NCBI GenBank assembly: GCA_028534125.1
Contig: CM052817.1
Coordinates: 85,190,001-85,254,000 of the forward strand
Direction: 5' to 3'
DNA length: 64,000 nt
Source of the DNA: Lama glama
Lineage: Eukaryota
A program made the translations under genes and the position numbers. Of the stretch, positions 1 through 13,129 are shown piece after piece (within the stretch, counting starts at the first letter, position 1; each line of letters opens with the position of its first letter). Below the pieces are notes generated by a model. That model ran no database searches, was not told the DNA's origin, and worked only from the letters and a program-made list of their open reading frames with translations.

Positions 1-616
1 AAAAAAAGTGAAAATAAAGTGCTTAACACACAGCCTAAGTTAACAGGCATTTAGTAAGTAATAGCTATACAAATTATTATGTAATGATATGTACATTACA
101 TGTTATATAAAATTATATATTACTAGGAATTTATGGAAATGTAGGCCTGACAAGTTAATCATGGAGGAAGCCTCCTTTATTTCTCACTATGATGCTTTTT
201 AATCTTCTAAGCCCAACTCCTGGCATATCTGAGGACAGAAACATAGTAAAGGCTATTATAATTGGGTCAGTTGACTATTTTGATTCTACTTTCATAGCAT
301 ATAATACAATATTCTGATATCCCACCTTTTTAAATGCAAACTTTGGGAATGATTTCAGCAGTTAAAAAAAAAGAAAAAGAAAAGGCTGGATGTATGGTAA
401 CATCTTTAGGTTCATGTATTATCAGCTGAAGTCTACAGATAATTGAGCACAATCTATGTGCCAGAAAAGGTTGCAGGCACTAATATGCTGAGTGTTCTGT
501 GAATTAAGTCACCATCACTTGAAATTAAAATCTCTTAATGTAATAGTATAGACTGGCCTACCGTCATTAACAGTTACTAAGGAAATTTACAATCCACCCT
601 CATGAAAGAGAGAAGA

Positions 617-795
617 AAATACTATTGAGCACTTATAATGAGCTATGTGTTTTCATTATAATATCTCCATTAACTTATTTATTAAAAACTGTAATATGAT
701 ATTTTATACATTAGATGAAGTAACAGAAAATCATAGAAGTTAATAAACTTTTCCAAAATTGGACACATAAATGAATAGTGTACCTGGAATTCTTC
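617..795 (-). mobile_element. MIR SINE fragment, highly diverged
   Basis: tattgagcactta...ttttatacattagatgaagtaacag...agaagttaataaacttttccaaaa resembles the reverse-strand MIR core. Confidence 0.5.
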
Positions 796-3759
796 CCAAT
801 ATAATATTTCAAGTTTTAGACATAAAAAAATTAACATAACCAAATTAAAATATAAATTTGTTATTATTCATTTTATATGCATAAAATGCTTGTTGCCAAT
901 TCATGACTGTTAGAAAATAGAATCAAACAGTTGGGTATTAGAGGTAGAAAATGTTTTGCAGGGAGAGATATAATCTTTCATATCTCTTTTCTTTTTCTCC
1001 TTTTTTGTAACTTCTATTAAGAGGAATTAGGAAAACAGGATTTTAAGATGTTTATCAGATTTCTAAATGATACCTTATGTCTCAAGAAATGACAAGGCCT
1101 TAGAAATTCTAAAATGTGTTATTAAATACAAATGCATCATAATTAGTAGTGTAACAAAATCATGCTCCTGATTTTGCATATTCTAAGAGAGTGATTTTTT
1201 TCTTCACATTATAAAGTCTACTTAGAGATTTATGTTATAAGACACAAATTTTTAGTTTCAGTTCTTCCACTAACTCCAACTTGGTGACTTAGAAAAATTT
1301 TATCACTATAGCCCCTGATTCTCTATTGAAAATATTAATAATAGTGTTCTACCTCACCAAAAGAATAAATTACTAAAATATGGTAAAAATTATTTTGAGC
1401 ATTAAGATTACAAAAAGTAAAGTTTAGGGTGTTAATATAATCTAAGCCTACTGAATTTCAAGTTTTATGAAACTTTTTTTATTGAAAAACTATTGTGGAT
1501 AATGTAAAGTATTTCACTGAAGCAGTAATGTCATTTTAGTATTCAGTGATAGTATTAAAAGACTTAGCATTGCCTAACCACAGTTCCTTGTTCCATAAAA
1601 GGATGAGCATCTTTCCTTTATTTTTTAGTACTCTTTTAAAAAGTACTACTCACAAGCTGAATTTTTTTTCAAGGCTAAAGAAAAAAATCCTAATGGAAAA
1701 GTAAAATCTCAACTTCTTGGCCTGAAACCATGTAACACTGTTTTTCAGATGGGAAAAAAGGAAGAGCAAAAAATGTGATGAACCCTTAATACTATAAGCT
1801 TCTCTAACTGAGATGTGGTGGTAATTGCTTTTTATTTTTTTGTAACATTTCCTGGAAATGGTAATGCTTTCAAGTGAGGATCAAAGAGAATGACCTACAT
1901 AAGAAATAGATAGCAACATGTAGTTACATTTTTCATCCTTTGTAATATGCTTCTTGTGTCTACACTTCTAATAAGAAACACAGCATAATGCTCATCATTT
2001 TTTGAAATGAGTTGTCACTAAAGTCAGATGGGATACTTGGAAACTAGAAAAAAGTATGATTTGGACCAAGTTCTTAATGCCAACCGATGGATCACTAGGT
2101 GAATCAGTCTCACATAACAGCCTTGTACATTTAAAGGAAATGGACCAGAAATTCTGAAATAATAAATATATATATATATTTGAATTTTGTATATGTATAT
2201 ATTATGTGTATTTTGTACATGTATATACTATGTACACAAATTTTTGAATTTTGTGTCTATATATATGTATACACATATAAAATATATATACACACAGAGA
2301 TTATAATCTATTTCTGATGCTATGTGTATGTGTATGTCTCATCAGAAATACCTAACAGATTCATGAAAAATAAAATGATACTGTTTTTAAGATTAAAAAC
2401 AAGTTAAATTCACAAATTTTTATTGTTATTCCAGCCTCAAATGTAGCCAATTAGGCAGTGTACCTCAAACTATGTAGTTACTGGTAATTTTTTTGCAAGA
2501 AATGTTGTCTCTTGCCAACTCGTCACAATGCCAAAGTTATGTAATTAGTGTTATGTTCCCTAATGTGCAAACTTTCCTAGAGGAGTAGTAACTTAAGATA
2601 TTATTAGCTGAAGTAATGCATCATATATTTTCAATGGTGAAAGTTGCCAGAGGAGACCAGAGTTCTATGGAAAGTTTCAGTATCTAGGAATTGGTGGAGA
2701 AGGAATTCAGTAGTACCAGGAAAAAGGCAAATCACTTAATCCACGGATTTTTAGCAAGGGCTCCTTTCTTCCACTGATAAATAAAAAATAACTGACACTA
2801 TAATATTTCTTAAAAAATGATATGGTCATCTTCTGATACCATTTGTAAAAGTCCTTGATAACAGAAGATGAAAGAGAAACTATTTAGAAATTGCCCAGGT
2901 TGGGTGAGTATATTGAAAATTTCTGCATAGTCTAGATATAGGCTTCTAGAGCCCTTTCAGGGAGGCTACAATGAGCTGTTGGATTTCTGCAAACATGCAC
3001 TTAACAATTTTGGGATGAACATAAAGGGCTATAAAGATCCAAAAGGAAATAGAAATGGATTAGTTAATATGCCTGCAATAAAGGGAAATGCTTCAATAGA
3101 TAGCTGCATTTTATTTTATGTAACAGATTTATCTATTCATAGAGTTTGATATATTTCTTAAGTATCTGTTTATTGAATCTTATTTGTCTTATAATCATGA
3201 TAAAAGTTTATATGCCTTTCTAGAAAAAGAAATATTGTTTCCAAGAAATCAACCTCCAATGACAAACCACTCATGTGGCTTAATAAAATGCCTATCTGAT
3301 AGAATAGTGTTCAAATAAAACATGTTATATGTAAAATGTTGAAAAAATTACTTTCAGTTGGTACTAGTCTTGAATTTTATTTGAAAAAAACTGACCTCCT
3401 CACAGAGCAGAACATCCTGAATTGAAGCCTTTCAGCTTCTAGTAAAACATCTTCCTACTATTCTACTATTCCAGACTGTTTAGATTTGCACCATAGTGAA
3501 AGTGATACTTTTAGAAATGAATGAATCAAGTCTGACTAAATGCAGATGATAAAATCATACCATTTTTCCAAATGAAAATGCCCAAGCAAATATGAAAGTG
3601 CTCTTCACATTTATAAAAATTTAACTATTAAAGAACCTCAGAGTCTTTTTTTTTTTGTTATTGACATAACAGGCATTTTCACATACATATACATACAGGT
3701 CATATTTTCAGTAGCATTAGAAAGCCTATTTGCATTTTGGATGGTGTCTCTGGATTCTA

Positions 3760-3890
3760 GACCAGAATGTCAGAGCTGGAATAGATCTTAGGTATCATGA
3801 AGTTAACCTCCTCATTTTACAGAGAGAAAAACGAGTCTCACAGAGATACGCCTGCATCCAAGGTGACTCCTATTTGTACAGGATACAGCC
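3760..3890 (-). mobile_element. MIR SINE fragment
   Basis: gaatgtcagagctgga...cctcctcattttacagagagaaaaacgagtctcacagag matches the MIR core (cccattttacagatgaggaaactgaggc). Confidence 0.6.
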
Positions 3891-5281
3891 CACAAGCAAA
3901 GAATACATTGTAGGAAATTCATATTCAGATACGCCACTTTAAAAATGTCTATATTCCTCTCTTGCTCCTCTAGAAACACTTATTATGATACAAAACATTT
4001 AATGGATTTTAATTTTTAATTCTAAATCTCATCTCTTCTCCCCTATTTGTCCATTTAGACAATGGTCATATTGAAATAGTTATGAATGATGAATGATATT
4101 GAATACTTAAAAAACTGTTGAAAATTATGGAGTTGTAATTCCACAAAAGGTTGTTATAAAAAAGAGGTGGCTCAAGTGGACAACAGAATCCTTGTGTATA
4201 ATACTGTTGTCTAATAATTCAAAATATGCTTGTTATTTGATATAACATAAGAGTTCAAGAATAAAAATCTTTCTATTATTTATTCTGCAGTTTTAGGTTC
4301 ATAAAATTGCTTACAAGAAGAGATTTTCCTTTTACCAAGCCAGCATGACTACATGTTAGACACTTGGAATGTTCAAGCTCAACTTTTCAGCACATGTATC
4401 AGCAGTTTCCCTAGCAGTAAGAGTTCATAGTTTTCTTTACAAAAATTTGTTGCTTACTACCTTAGGAACACTATTAAATAGGTGACTATAAGTAATACAA
4501 ACTCTTCAATGAATTTAGAGAAGTATTTAAGAGCACTTGCAGTAATGATATTGCTAAGAATGCTAAAAAGATCATATGTATATATATATTTACTTTAGAC
4601 ATATAGATGTACATTTTATTTGGTGACCAGAGCTGGAATCTGAAAAAGACTGTTCTTTCTCCATGATTTCTAAAGGCTGAGTTTAAAGTTCTCATTCCTA
4701 AGTAGGAAATAATTTATCAAGTTGTGTTAAGCTTATTTCTCTGTTTATTTATGAGTTTGGTTGGTTATTTGTTTTACTGAAGAAAGCTTGAGTCTAGAGG
4801 AAATAAAATATGGTAAGATTTCTAGTATTCTCTTCATTCAGCTCTTTATGTCCAAAATCTGAAAATCTAGAGTTGTCACCAGTTAGGCCAAACTGCAGTT
4901 ACTCCAGCGTACTCACTGCTCCACGGAATAGCTGAATAGAAGGAAAGCTGTGGGTATGTGGCTCAGCAGTCCCTCAGTCAGTCAAGGGCCTTGTACCCCA
5001 AGGGTCTCATAGTGAGCATTTCAGTATCCATGCTGATTGATAGAAATAGAGCATAAAAGCTGTTGTTGCTGCCCAGAACATGATTATATAGTACATTCTA
5101 TAAAATTGCTTTTATATTCAGTAGTGTATTATATGTACATATACAACTTTCTTCATTTTTTGGAGAAATTATATTTGAGAATACTATATTGGGATTTAAA
5201 AAGAAAAGGATCTATTTGGTTTCTTTTTTTCTTACATTTGTGTTCTACTATATAAATTACAAATCATGTAGTGTTAATATT

Positions 5282-5965
5282 TTTTTTTTACATTTTTTAT
5301 TGATTCATAATCATTTTACAGTGTTGTGTCAAATTCCAGTGTTCAGCACAATTTTTCAGTCATTCATGGACATATACACACTCATTGTCACATTTTTTTC
5401 TCTGTGATTTATCAGAANNNNNNNNNNNNNNNNNNNNNNNNNNNNNNNNNNNNNNNNNNNNNNNNNNNNNNNNNNNNNNNNNNNNNNNNNNNNNNNNNNN
5501 NNNNNNNNNNNNNNNNNNNNNNNNNNNNNNNNNNNNNNNNNNNNNNNNNNNNNNNNNNNNNNNNNNNNNNNNNNNNNNNNNNNNNNNNNNNNNNNNNNNN
5601 NNNNNNNNNNNNNNNNNNNNNNNNNNNNNNNNNNNNNNNNNNNNNNNNNNNNNNNNNNNNNNNNNNNNNNNNNNNNNNNNNNNNNNNNNNNNNNNNNNNN
5701 NNNNNNNNNNNNNNNNNNNNNNNNNNNNNNNNNNNNNNNNNNNNNNNNNNNNNNNNNNNNNNNNNNNNNNNNNNNNNNNNNNNNNNNNNNNNNNNNNNNN
5801 NNNNNNNNNNNNNNNNNNNNNNNNNNNNNNNNNNNNNNNNNNNNNNNNNNNNNNNNNNNNNNNNNNNNNNNNNNNNNNNNNNNNNNNNNNNNNNNNNNNN
5901 NNNNNNNNNNNNNNNNNGTCACTGCCCCTCCGGATGCCGCAGTCAGATGTTGCAGACTGGCCAGG
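5282..5965 (-). mobile_element. LINE-1-derived insertion spanning the assembly gap (3' end left of gap, 5'UTR fragment right of gap)
   Basis: Poly-T plus L1 3'UTR at 5282-5417 is homologous to 57160-57290. 5918-5965 (gtcactgcccctccggatgccgcagtcagatg) is homologous to the L1 5'UTR at ~59113-59150. TSD catgtagtgttaatatt at 5265-5281 and 5966-5982. Confidence 0.85.
5418..5917. other. Assembly gap (500 N)
   Basis: Run of N from 5418 to 5917. Confidence 1.
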
Positions 5966-7329
5966 CATGTAGTGTTAATATTAATTTAATGAAGTTAGTA
6001 ATTTATGTACATGTACTTAACTTTTGTGTCACCATGATCAAAGCAAAAAGTACTTTAATCTGTCTTATGCAGATAGGAAACAAAGTCATTAAAATATTAC
6101 TTTTCTGATTCATCACTATACATATGAGGGCCTAGTTGAAAATATAACAAGTGTTTAATGTTCTTTTGATTTTTAGTATAAAGAAATATAATCCAAAATA
6201 AGAGTGAGACACCAAATGCCATATTCATTATTTTCCCCTGAAAAATTGCATATTCTAGACAATCATTCATTACTTCTTCTTACTTACTCTTAAGTAAGAA
6301 ATGATGACAGTCTATGAGACATACATTCTAAATGTTTCAGTTTCTTTTATCTCATTGTTTTAAAGAAGGTATCAATGTAATACAGGCAATAAAGTTTCTT
6401 TCTTTTCCTTGTTAACTTTGCCCAACTTTTCAGGTCATTTTTTTCAGTCATTTTTCAACTAAGACTCAATCGTAGTTTAACTTTTACCATTTCTTCAAAT
6501 AGAAATATGTTTCATACATTTAATAAAATAAAATTTATTTAATTTTCTTTTTGAAATATTTTATAGGCTGATCATAGGCTATTATGCACACATATCCATG
6601 GTTCATAGAAATTGGAAGCACAATATAGATTATCTTAATCATCCTTCTAATTTGATACATAAAGAAAATGAACCACATAGAAATTAAATGCATGGTACAT
6701 ATTTTTAAAGCACTGTTAGATATGAAATTAGGATCCTAGTTTCCCTTTCCTAGTAAAATTCTGTGAAGATTCTAAAGACACATAGTTGAAATAGCTGTCA
6801 GTTAACCAGTATGAATGGAATTATGCCAAAGACCTTGAAAGAACCCTCCTGAGTATTAGAAAATGGTCAGCATCTCTGGCTCTCTATTGAATTCTTTTAA
6901 TTTTTTTTTTTATAATGTTGGGTAACATTACAAAACACATCAAGATTTTTCTGAGGTTCATTATTAAGCCTCTCCTACTGCAGCACCTTGTAAAATACTT
7001 CCAAGTGCTAAACCTACCATCCATTCATCTAAGGTTCTGTAGGCACTTAACTCAAAATTGTAGAGATCATGCCTAATAGCCTACTTGTATGCTCAGCTGA
7101 TGCACTGCAGATATAGGAGCTCTATGGATAGTATTCTAGGCATGTTATGTCTGGCTGCCTTTTATCTGAATTTATTATGTCTAGCAGTACTATGCAGAAG
7201 TCCATAAAGTAGTAGATAACTACCTCAGTTCTGAGATATATATGTCTCATGGGGTATCCACCAGCTGGAATTTCTCCAGTTTTTATTTTGACACAAAATG
7301 GCCTTAATTGCTTAGGTCTGGCCTCTGAA

Positions 7330-7655
7330 TTGTGGTTGTCTTGGAAATCTAGAAAGCATTGCAGTTTGGTGAACAAATCATGAAAAAGAGAAGTTTAAAA
7401 TGGCATTGAATTAAAACAGGATTAATATTAGTATAAAGGTGGTTGAGGGGAGTGGATCTATAAAGGTCCTTCAGATTTTTCACTTTAACAACCTATTTTC
7501 AAGGATGGCAAGCCAAGCTGATAAACTTGTCTTTGAACTAAAACCTGGAGAGTTATTACAGGTGTCAGACTGGAAACGGCATCTATTGGCTGCCTCTGAA
7601 AAATATCAGCTTGGTTCCTTTAATGGTAAAAGAGCCAAGTGCACGAGTTGGTAGG
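7330..7655 (+). mobile_element. Possible ancient CR1/L3 LINE reverse-transcriptase remnant
   Basis: Translations VVVLEI*KAL (cf. VVYLDFSKAF), FHFNNL...DKLVFELKPG (cf. FINDL...KFADDTKLGG) and FNGKRAK (cf. FNxxKCK) occur in the expected order and spacing, but identity is weak. Confidence 0.4.
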
Positions 7656-9074
7656 TCTTGGAAGTTTTTTTGAAAAAATAGAGTATGTGGATCTACTCTG
7701 CTGATGAAATTCTGAGATTTACACAAACTAAAAAAGTCAGTGTTTCCTAGTTGGTTACAAAATAACAATAAGTGCATATGCATATCAGAGTATTGGACTG
7801 TAAGAATAGCATATTCTTATAATTCTTTGAAGTGCATTGGTATACTGGAGGACTTATACATATGTGTATTATATTTAATGCTAATAGATTTAAATTAAAA
7901 TGATTCAGATGATCAGTGATACATTTTTCCACAGTTCTCTGTTATAAACCTGTTAATCTAAAATTGGTGAGAACTTAAATATTGTAAGACAAAAAGAAAA
8001 TAATATAGTCAGTGGATTTCAGAAAAGTGTCTCATAAAACTTCAACTAAATATATTTTCTAAAGTTGCTTCTTTTGAAAAGTTTCTCGCCATGCTGTGCA
8101 GCAATGATTGCTGGAAAATTCTTCTTTATGTTCAGTTGTAATTGTATTGTTAGTCCTACCTTACCCTAAGAAGTGACACAAAATGACTTTGAATGTCCCC
8201 TATCACCATTTTGGAATTATTCTTTTTCAAGTTTGGTATTTACTAGCCCTACCACTAAAGGTGACTAGGCAGAAAAAAAAAAATTGAAATTTGCAGTTAT
8301 TTGAGAGGTAAGGCTTGATCCAGTGAACACAGAGTTTGGGATTCTGAATTTACAGCTCTGGGGAATAACTGAACTTTAGAATGACAATGTTAGCTTAGAA
8401 AACAGATCATATTTAGAACTACCAATGTGCTACACATTAACATTGTGCTCTTCTGAGTCTATTTAACTGTAGCTTCTATTCCCTTATCTGTGAGATGCAT
8501 TCATCATTGTTCATGATAGATATTTTGTGAGATCAAATGAAATAATAGACATAAAGTTTTACAAGAAAATCATTCAAAATATGAGCCTGATGAAAGTTAG
8601 TAATAAACTATTATTTTACTCTAAAATAATTGTGTAAAATTCCTTTGAATACAGTTATAGATAAAACCCCATGAAAAATACTAATTCTGCTACTAGTTAA
8701 TTCTGCTTTTTTTAAAAAGAAAAGTTAGATACCTGCCAAGTGAGATTATACATAAACTACATTGAAGTTACTTTTATTATTTAAAAGAAAGTGTTTAATT
8801 GAGGGGAATTGTATTTAGGTTGTTATATGAAAAACCAAGGAATGCATGTAAGAGCACCTTTTAAAAATTTGGAGGGCCTTTAGATAGACTGAGTAACTCT
8901 ATTAATCAATACAGATTCAAAAACTGGTCAAAGACTTCCTGTGTACTATATCTGGAATCCTATGAGGTAAGTGCTCATTATTCTAAAGCACAGAGGACTC
9001 CAGTTACTTGTTCAAAGTTGTTAGATAGCTGTTATGTATGAAATGCAAGTTCACCTGACTTTAGAACCTGTGCA

Positions 9075-9380
9075 TTCTGGCTGCTGTGGTTGCATTACAA
9101 AGCACCCCAGAACTTTACTAGCTTTGAAACAATGATCCCATTGATTTTACTCACGAGTCTGCAGCTTGGGTGTAGCTCTGCAGATATAGCTTGCCTCTGC
9201 TCTGCATGGTGTCAGACGCGTTGGCTTGAAGACTAGGTCAATTCAGAGTCAGCTGGGGTATCTGGAATCAACTGAATACTTACTTACTCTTAGGCTTGAT
9301 ACCTGTACTGTGAAGCCTTGAATAGCTGAGGACCTCAGTCATGTCTTTTTATCACCAGACAGTATGAATCTCTCTATTTA
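9075..9380 (-). mobile_element. MaLR LTR fragment (MLT1-type)
   Basis: ttgcattacaaagcaccccagaact...tgaaacaatga...ttactcacgagtctgcag resembles the reverse-complement end of MLT1 LTRs. Confidence 0.55.
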
Positions 9381-9399
9381 GATTCATTGATATGAATGT

Positions 9400-9700
9400 T
9401 GCTGCTCTTCTCCGGAGAATTGCCCTCAGGTGACACTTCATCAATAGTGGCTGACGGAGTTGGGATACAGGTTGTCCCCAGTGCCTCAAAGGAGGTAATA
9501 TTAATGTGAATTATGCCCTAGAGCCCTTCTCCTGAGAATCAGGCCAAGGCTGGACTATAGTTGAAAACACATCCTTGCTTGTATGTTTCCCTATCCAGCT
9601 TCATTTCCTACAGGTTTCTCCACATGAGGCCTCTCCTAGTTAATCTTGTGCTACCCAATGGCTGTCTTGGGCTCCCCAATAGGAAACTCAGCCTAAGACA
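9400..9700 (+). mobile_element. ERVL LTR fragment (LTR16-like)
   Basis: ggagaattgccctcag... and terminal ggaaactcagcctaagaca, typical of an LTR16-type 3' end. Confidence 0.6.
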
Positions 9701-10680
9701 GTGTAAAAGTGCATGTAAAAAGATCAAGAAAAAAGTCCTTATTAGAATAAATAAAGCAACCGACAACTTTTCTCATTGTAGCTTTTTAGATATGTTATAC
9801 TCACTCTTCCCTAGTATTAATTTGGTTCTAGAGATCTATTTCTTGGGATTTTCCAAGGTTCTATTAGAACCTGCTCTTCACAATTCTTGATATTGCTTTT
9901 GCCTGGGATCTGTTTGCAAAAATTCCAGGTGCCTGATTGTCTCTTGCACAATTTGTCCATGTAAATTGAGTTTTCTTCTAGCCTTCCTGTTCATAAATGG
10001 ACCACAGTAAAGGAAAAAAAACTCCCTTACCTATGTCAGCATGATTAACTGTTGTTGTCAGAGATTTACACTAAGCATAGACACCTTTCTGTGAACTCTG
10101 TACTTTTCCCTTTAAAACAGAGGCTAAGTTTTTATTATTGTACAATATCAAATAGTATTAGATGATTCAAGAGGAATGTGAAACAAAAATCGAACAGTTT
10201 AGAAGTTTTCTGAATGTGCAGTAGACATTTTATGCATTTATAGGATTTAGAATATATTTCTCAGAACAGGCAAGAAGAAGAGCAAAGTTGAGAGTCAATA
10301 GAGATGTATATGATAGCATATAATTCTGTCTATGTTTTACTCTGGGGAAATTTTTAAGTAAAGGAACGTTCTCTTCAAAGGTCTCCTAACTCCTTTTATG
10401 CTCTCTCTCATTCTAATGTTTATTACATTAGCCTGAACCAGAAAGCCAGTTGCTCCCCAACCCCATGATATTACACATATTCATAGCAAGACACAAGGAA
10501 GCACCAGCCCACTGAATCCCCATTTTTAATCCAACATTGTTATTTCAAAGTAACTGTTTTCTTCCAGTTGTTAAGAAAAAGGAGTATTTTGTGTAAAATG
10601 TATTTTAAACCTCAGTTTTCTTAAGGGAGTGAAAGCAAAGGAAGAAAGCTGATGATTAATGACATCCATAAAAACTGAAT

Positions 10681-10836
10681 GACAGTATTTTAATCCTTCA
10701 AGTTATGCTCATATTTTAAAACAGTAATTTCTTAACTCACAAAATGGATTTCATCAGTGACAGTATTTTAAATCTCTCAGTTATGCTTGTACTTCGAAGA
10801 ATGTTTCCTTAAACCCATAAAGTGGACTAAATCAGA
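10681..10836. repeat. Diverged 78-bp tandem duplication (2 copies)
   Basis: Units start gacagtattttaa at 10681 and 10759, and share agttatgct, cttaa and tgga..atcag. Confidence 0.8.
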
Positions 10837-11200
10837 AATTTTACTGGCCAAATTTTTTTCTTAATGAAATAGTTCCTACGTTTTTTCTTTAAAGATAGAA
10901 AGATTTCTGGGAAAATATGGTGTGGAAGTCAGAGAAGTACAAACTTTTCCTACTGTTTTAAAATAAACACAATAAACAAAGATAAATTAAAATAGTAAAA
11001 AAAATTAAACCAGTAATCCTCAGACATGAAAAGGAGAATAGAGTCATAATTTATATTAAAAGTGTAGTATGGGAGCAGAAAAATTGGCAGTTAATGAAAG
11101 GTACATTATTTACTACTCCAGAAAATAATTGATGTATGGACAAGATTCCAGTAATTAGAAATAAAAGGGATAGGGATAGGAAAACGAGAATAAAAAGATA

Positions 11201-11427
11201 CAGCGTATTTCTCTACGCCAGCGGAGGAGTGGGATTTGTTTCATAGCAAATTTGGAGAAATGTGTCCATTCTGGAGATGTTTTTGATTGTAACAACTAAG
11301 AGAGGGGCACTAGTTGTTTCTAGTAGTGAGAGACCAATGAAACTGTTAACATCCTGTAAGGCATAGCCCCTGAATAATAAAGAATTATTTGGCCCAAAAT
11401 ATCATAGTGCCAAGGGTGAGAAATCTG
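11201..11427 (+). mobile_element. MER20-like hAT-Charlie MITE
   Basis: tctggagatgtttttgattgtaacaact...aaagaattatttggcccaaaatatcatagtgccaagggtgagaaatctg matches the MER20 body and terminus. Confidence 0.8.
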
Positions 11428-11699
11428 TTCTAGGCTAAAGCATCTCTCTCCCACTAATGAATAATTATGACCAAGGAAAATTATTATATTCAAAAAAATA
11501 AAAGTCATTAGTATTTGCTTTCTGTTTTTATTAATTAATTTAGCTACACACCAAATTAGATCCTGAACTATGGAGAATTCACATATGGGATCCTCAAAGT
11601 GGGCCAACTTGTTTCAAAAAAATATTAATTTTATTGTACATTTGGCCCATATCTGCACCTGTTTATCAGAGTATTGCTATTTCCCAGTGTGGGTCGACT

Positions 11700-13071
11700 T
11701 GCCCCTTCATTTCTATGCTGGGGGAAGCTTTTCTGAGCAGACAATTGTATAGCTGTAATAGCCTCAGGGTGGCCCCTTGGAGAATGGCACTGTGTCTTCA
11801 CAGTACATTTCCTCCCAGGTCAGCTTTGCCTCTGTGCCTTTTATTATTGTTCTATCTCCTGTACGGTGGGTATGTGTACATTTGTTTAGGATTCTCCCAG
11901 AAGAGTAATATTGATGGCAATTTCTCTCATTTATTTCCTAAATTCTTCTTAATGGTGGTCTTGGTAAGCCCAGCAAGTTTTCTAACAGTTGTAAGCAAGT
12001 AGTTGTCAGTTTGTGTGGAGAAACTCCCATGAAGACAGCAGTTAGATTTCCTGGTGCGATCATAATATATTTTTCATAAGAATTGTCTTTGCTATAACAC
12101 CCAAGAGCTATGGTTGTTTACTGTAGGCAGACAGTGTTGCAGTTGTAGAGCCTGCTTGCTTTGAGGGTTAAGTAAAGATTTCAGTTAGTATTGTGAGAAG
12201 GTTAGATTGGGAGGAATTCCCAAGATGGTTGTAGTGCCTGATTTTTTTAGACAAGCCCTGGCCCAGGTAATATGTTGTAGACATTGCCTTCCTTGTATAT
12301 ACTGATTAGTGGCCAGGGAGGAGGCCCACGGTAGGTTGCCTGTGGCCACTTGGTTAGTGTAGTATCTTCCCACCTCAGTAAATGAGGCTTATACTTGAGA
12401 GGCAGAGAGATTATTATAATTAATAGGAAAAGAGGCTGATATTTGTAACGTTGTTGGCAGGGTTTATATTTATCATCATCCCAGGGATCAGAAGGAGCTA
12501 CAGTTTTATCTCTATAATCCTGTATTGTTTGTTGGTATTGACTCTGGCTTACAGAGTTTTTAATTTGATTGCACCATTTGTGAGCTCTGGTTATAATATT
12601 GGTTGCATACTGTCTCAGGGCATTCCTTAATAGAGACTTGGTATGTAGTGGGCCTTTGTTCTATTTATTTGATGACACTAGTTAATAATAGTGAGTATAT
12701 CTGATATGAAGGAAAAGTGGCCTATTGGGTTTAGAAAGCCTTTAAGAAACACATATTGTGTCCCAGAGTCTGGCTTTATGGGAATAGGTGTTGCCAGTAC
12801 TAGTAAACATAGGAGGGAGTGTGCTAGCCTCAGTGTTGATTGATGTAGGTGGTCATGCTAGTGGGATTGACCAACCCAATTAGCCAACAGCATGGCTCCC
12901 ATTGTCCCCGGGGACAACAGCATGTAGTATGTAGTTTCTAGTACCTTGTCAGCAGTACGATGTAAACTACCAGGGCTAAAGTGGTACATCAGTGAATGTA
13001 TGGAAGACACTGATGAGAGTGAGAACTTCACAGGTAAGGAAGGGGCACAGCAACAGAGTAGGAGTTAACAT
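11700..13071 (-). pseudogene. Possible env (SU-like) remnant of the ERV
   Basis: Follows the integrase. An upstream polypyrimidine+CAG acceptor lies at 13365-13390. The ATG at 13071 starts a hydrophobic signal-like peptide MLTPTLLLCPFLTCEVLTLISVF. Scattered Cys motifs and many stops follow, and no TM immunosuppressive motif was found. Confidence 0.35.
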
Positions 13072-13129
13072 CAGAGATCAGCTGTGGCCAGTGGTAGAAG
13101 ATCTGATTGTCCTCAGGGTGTTTCCAGAA

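Noticed and set aside
2160..2340. Repeated tttgaattttgt units and TA/CA tracts as an array
   Set aside because: Low-complexity (TA)n-derived sequence with only two loose copies and no repeat-spacer architecture
5326..6108. Long ORFs (188-260 aa) in the ORF track
   Set aside because: They are artefacts of translating through the 500-N gap
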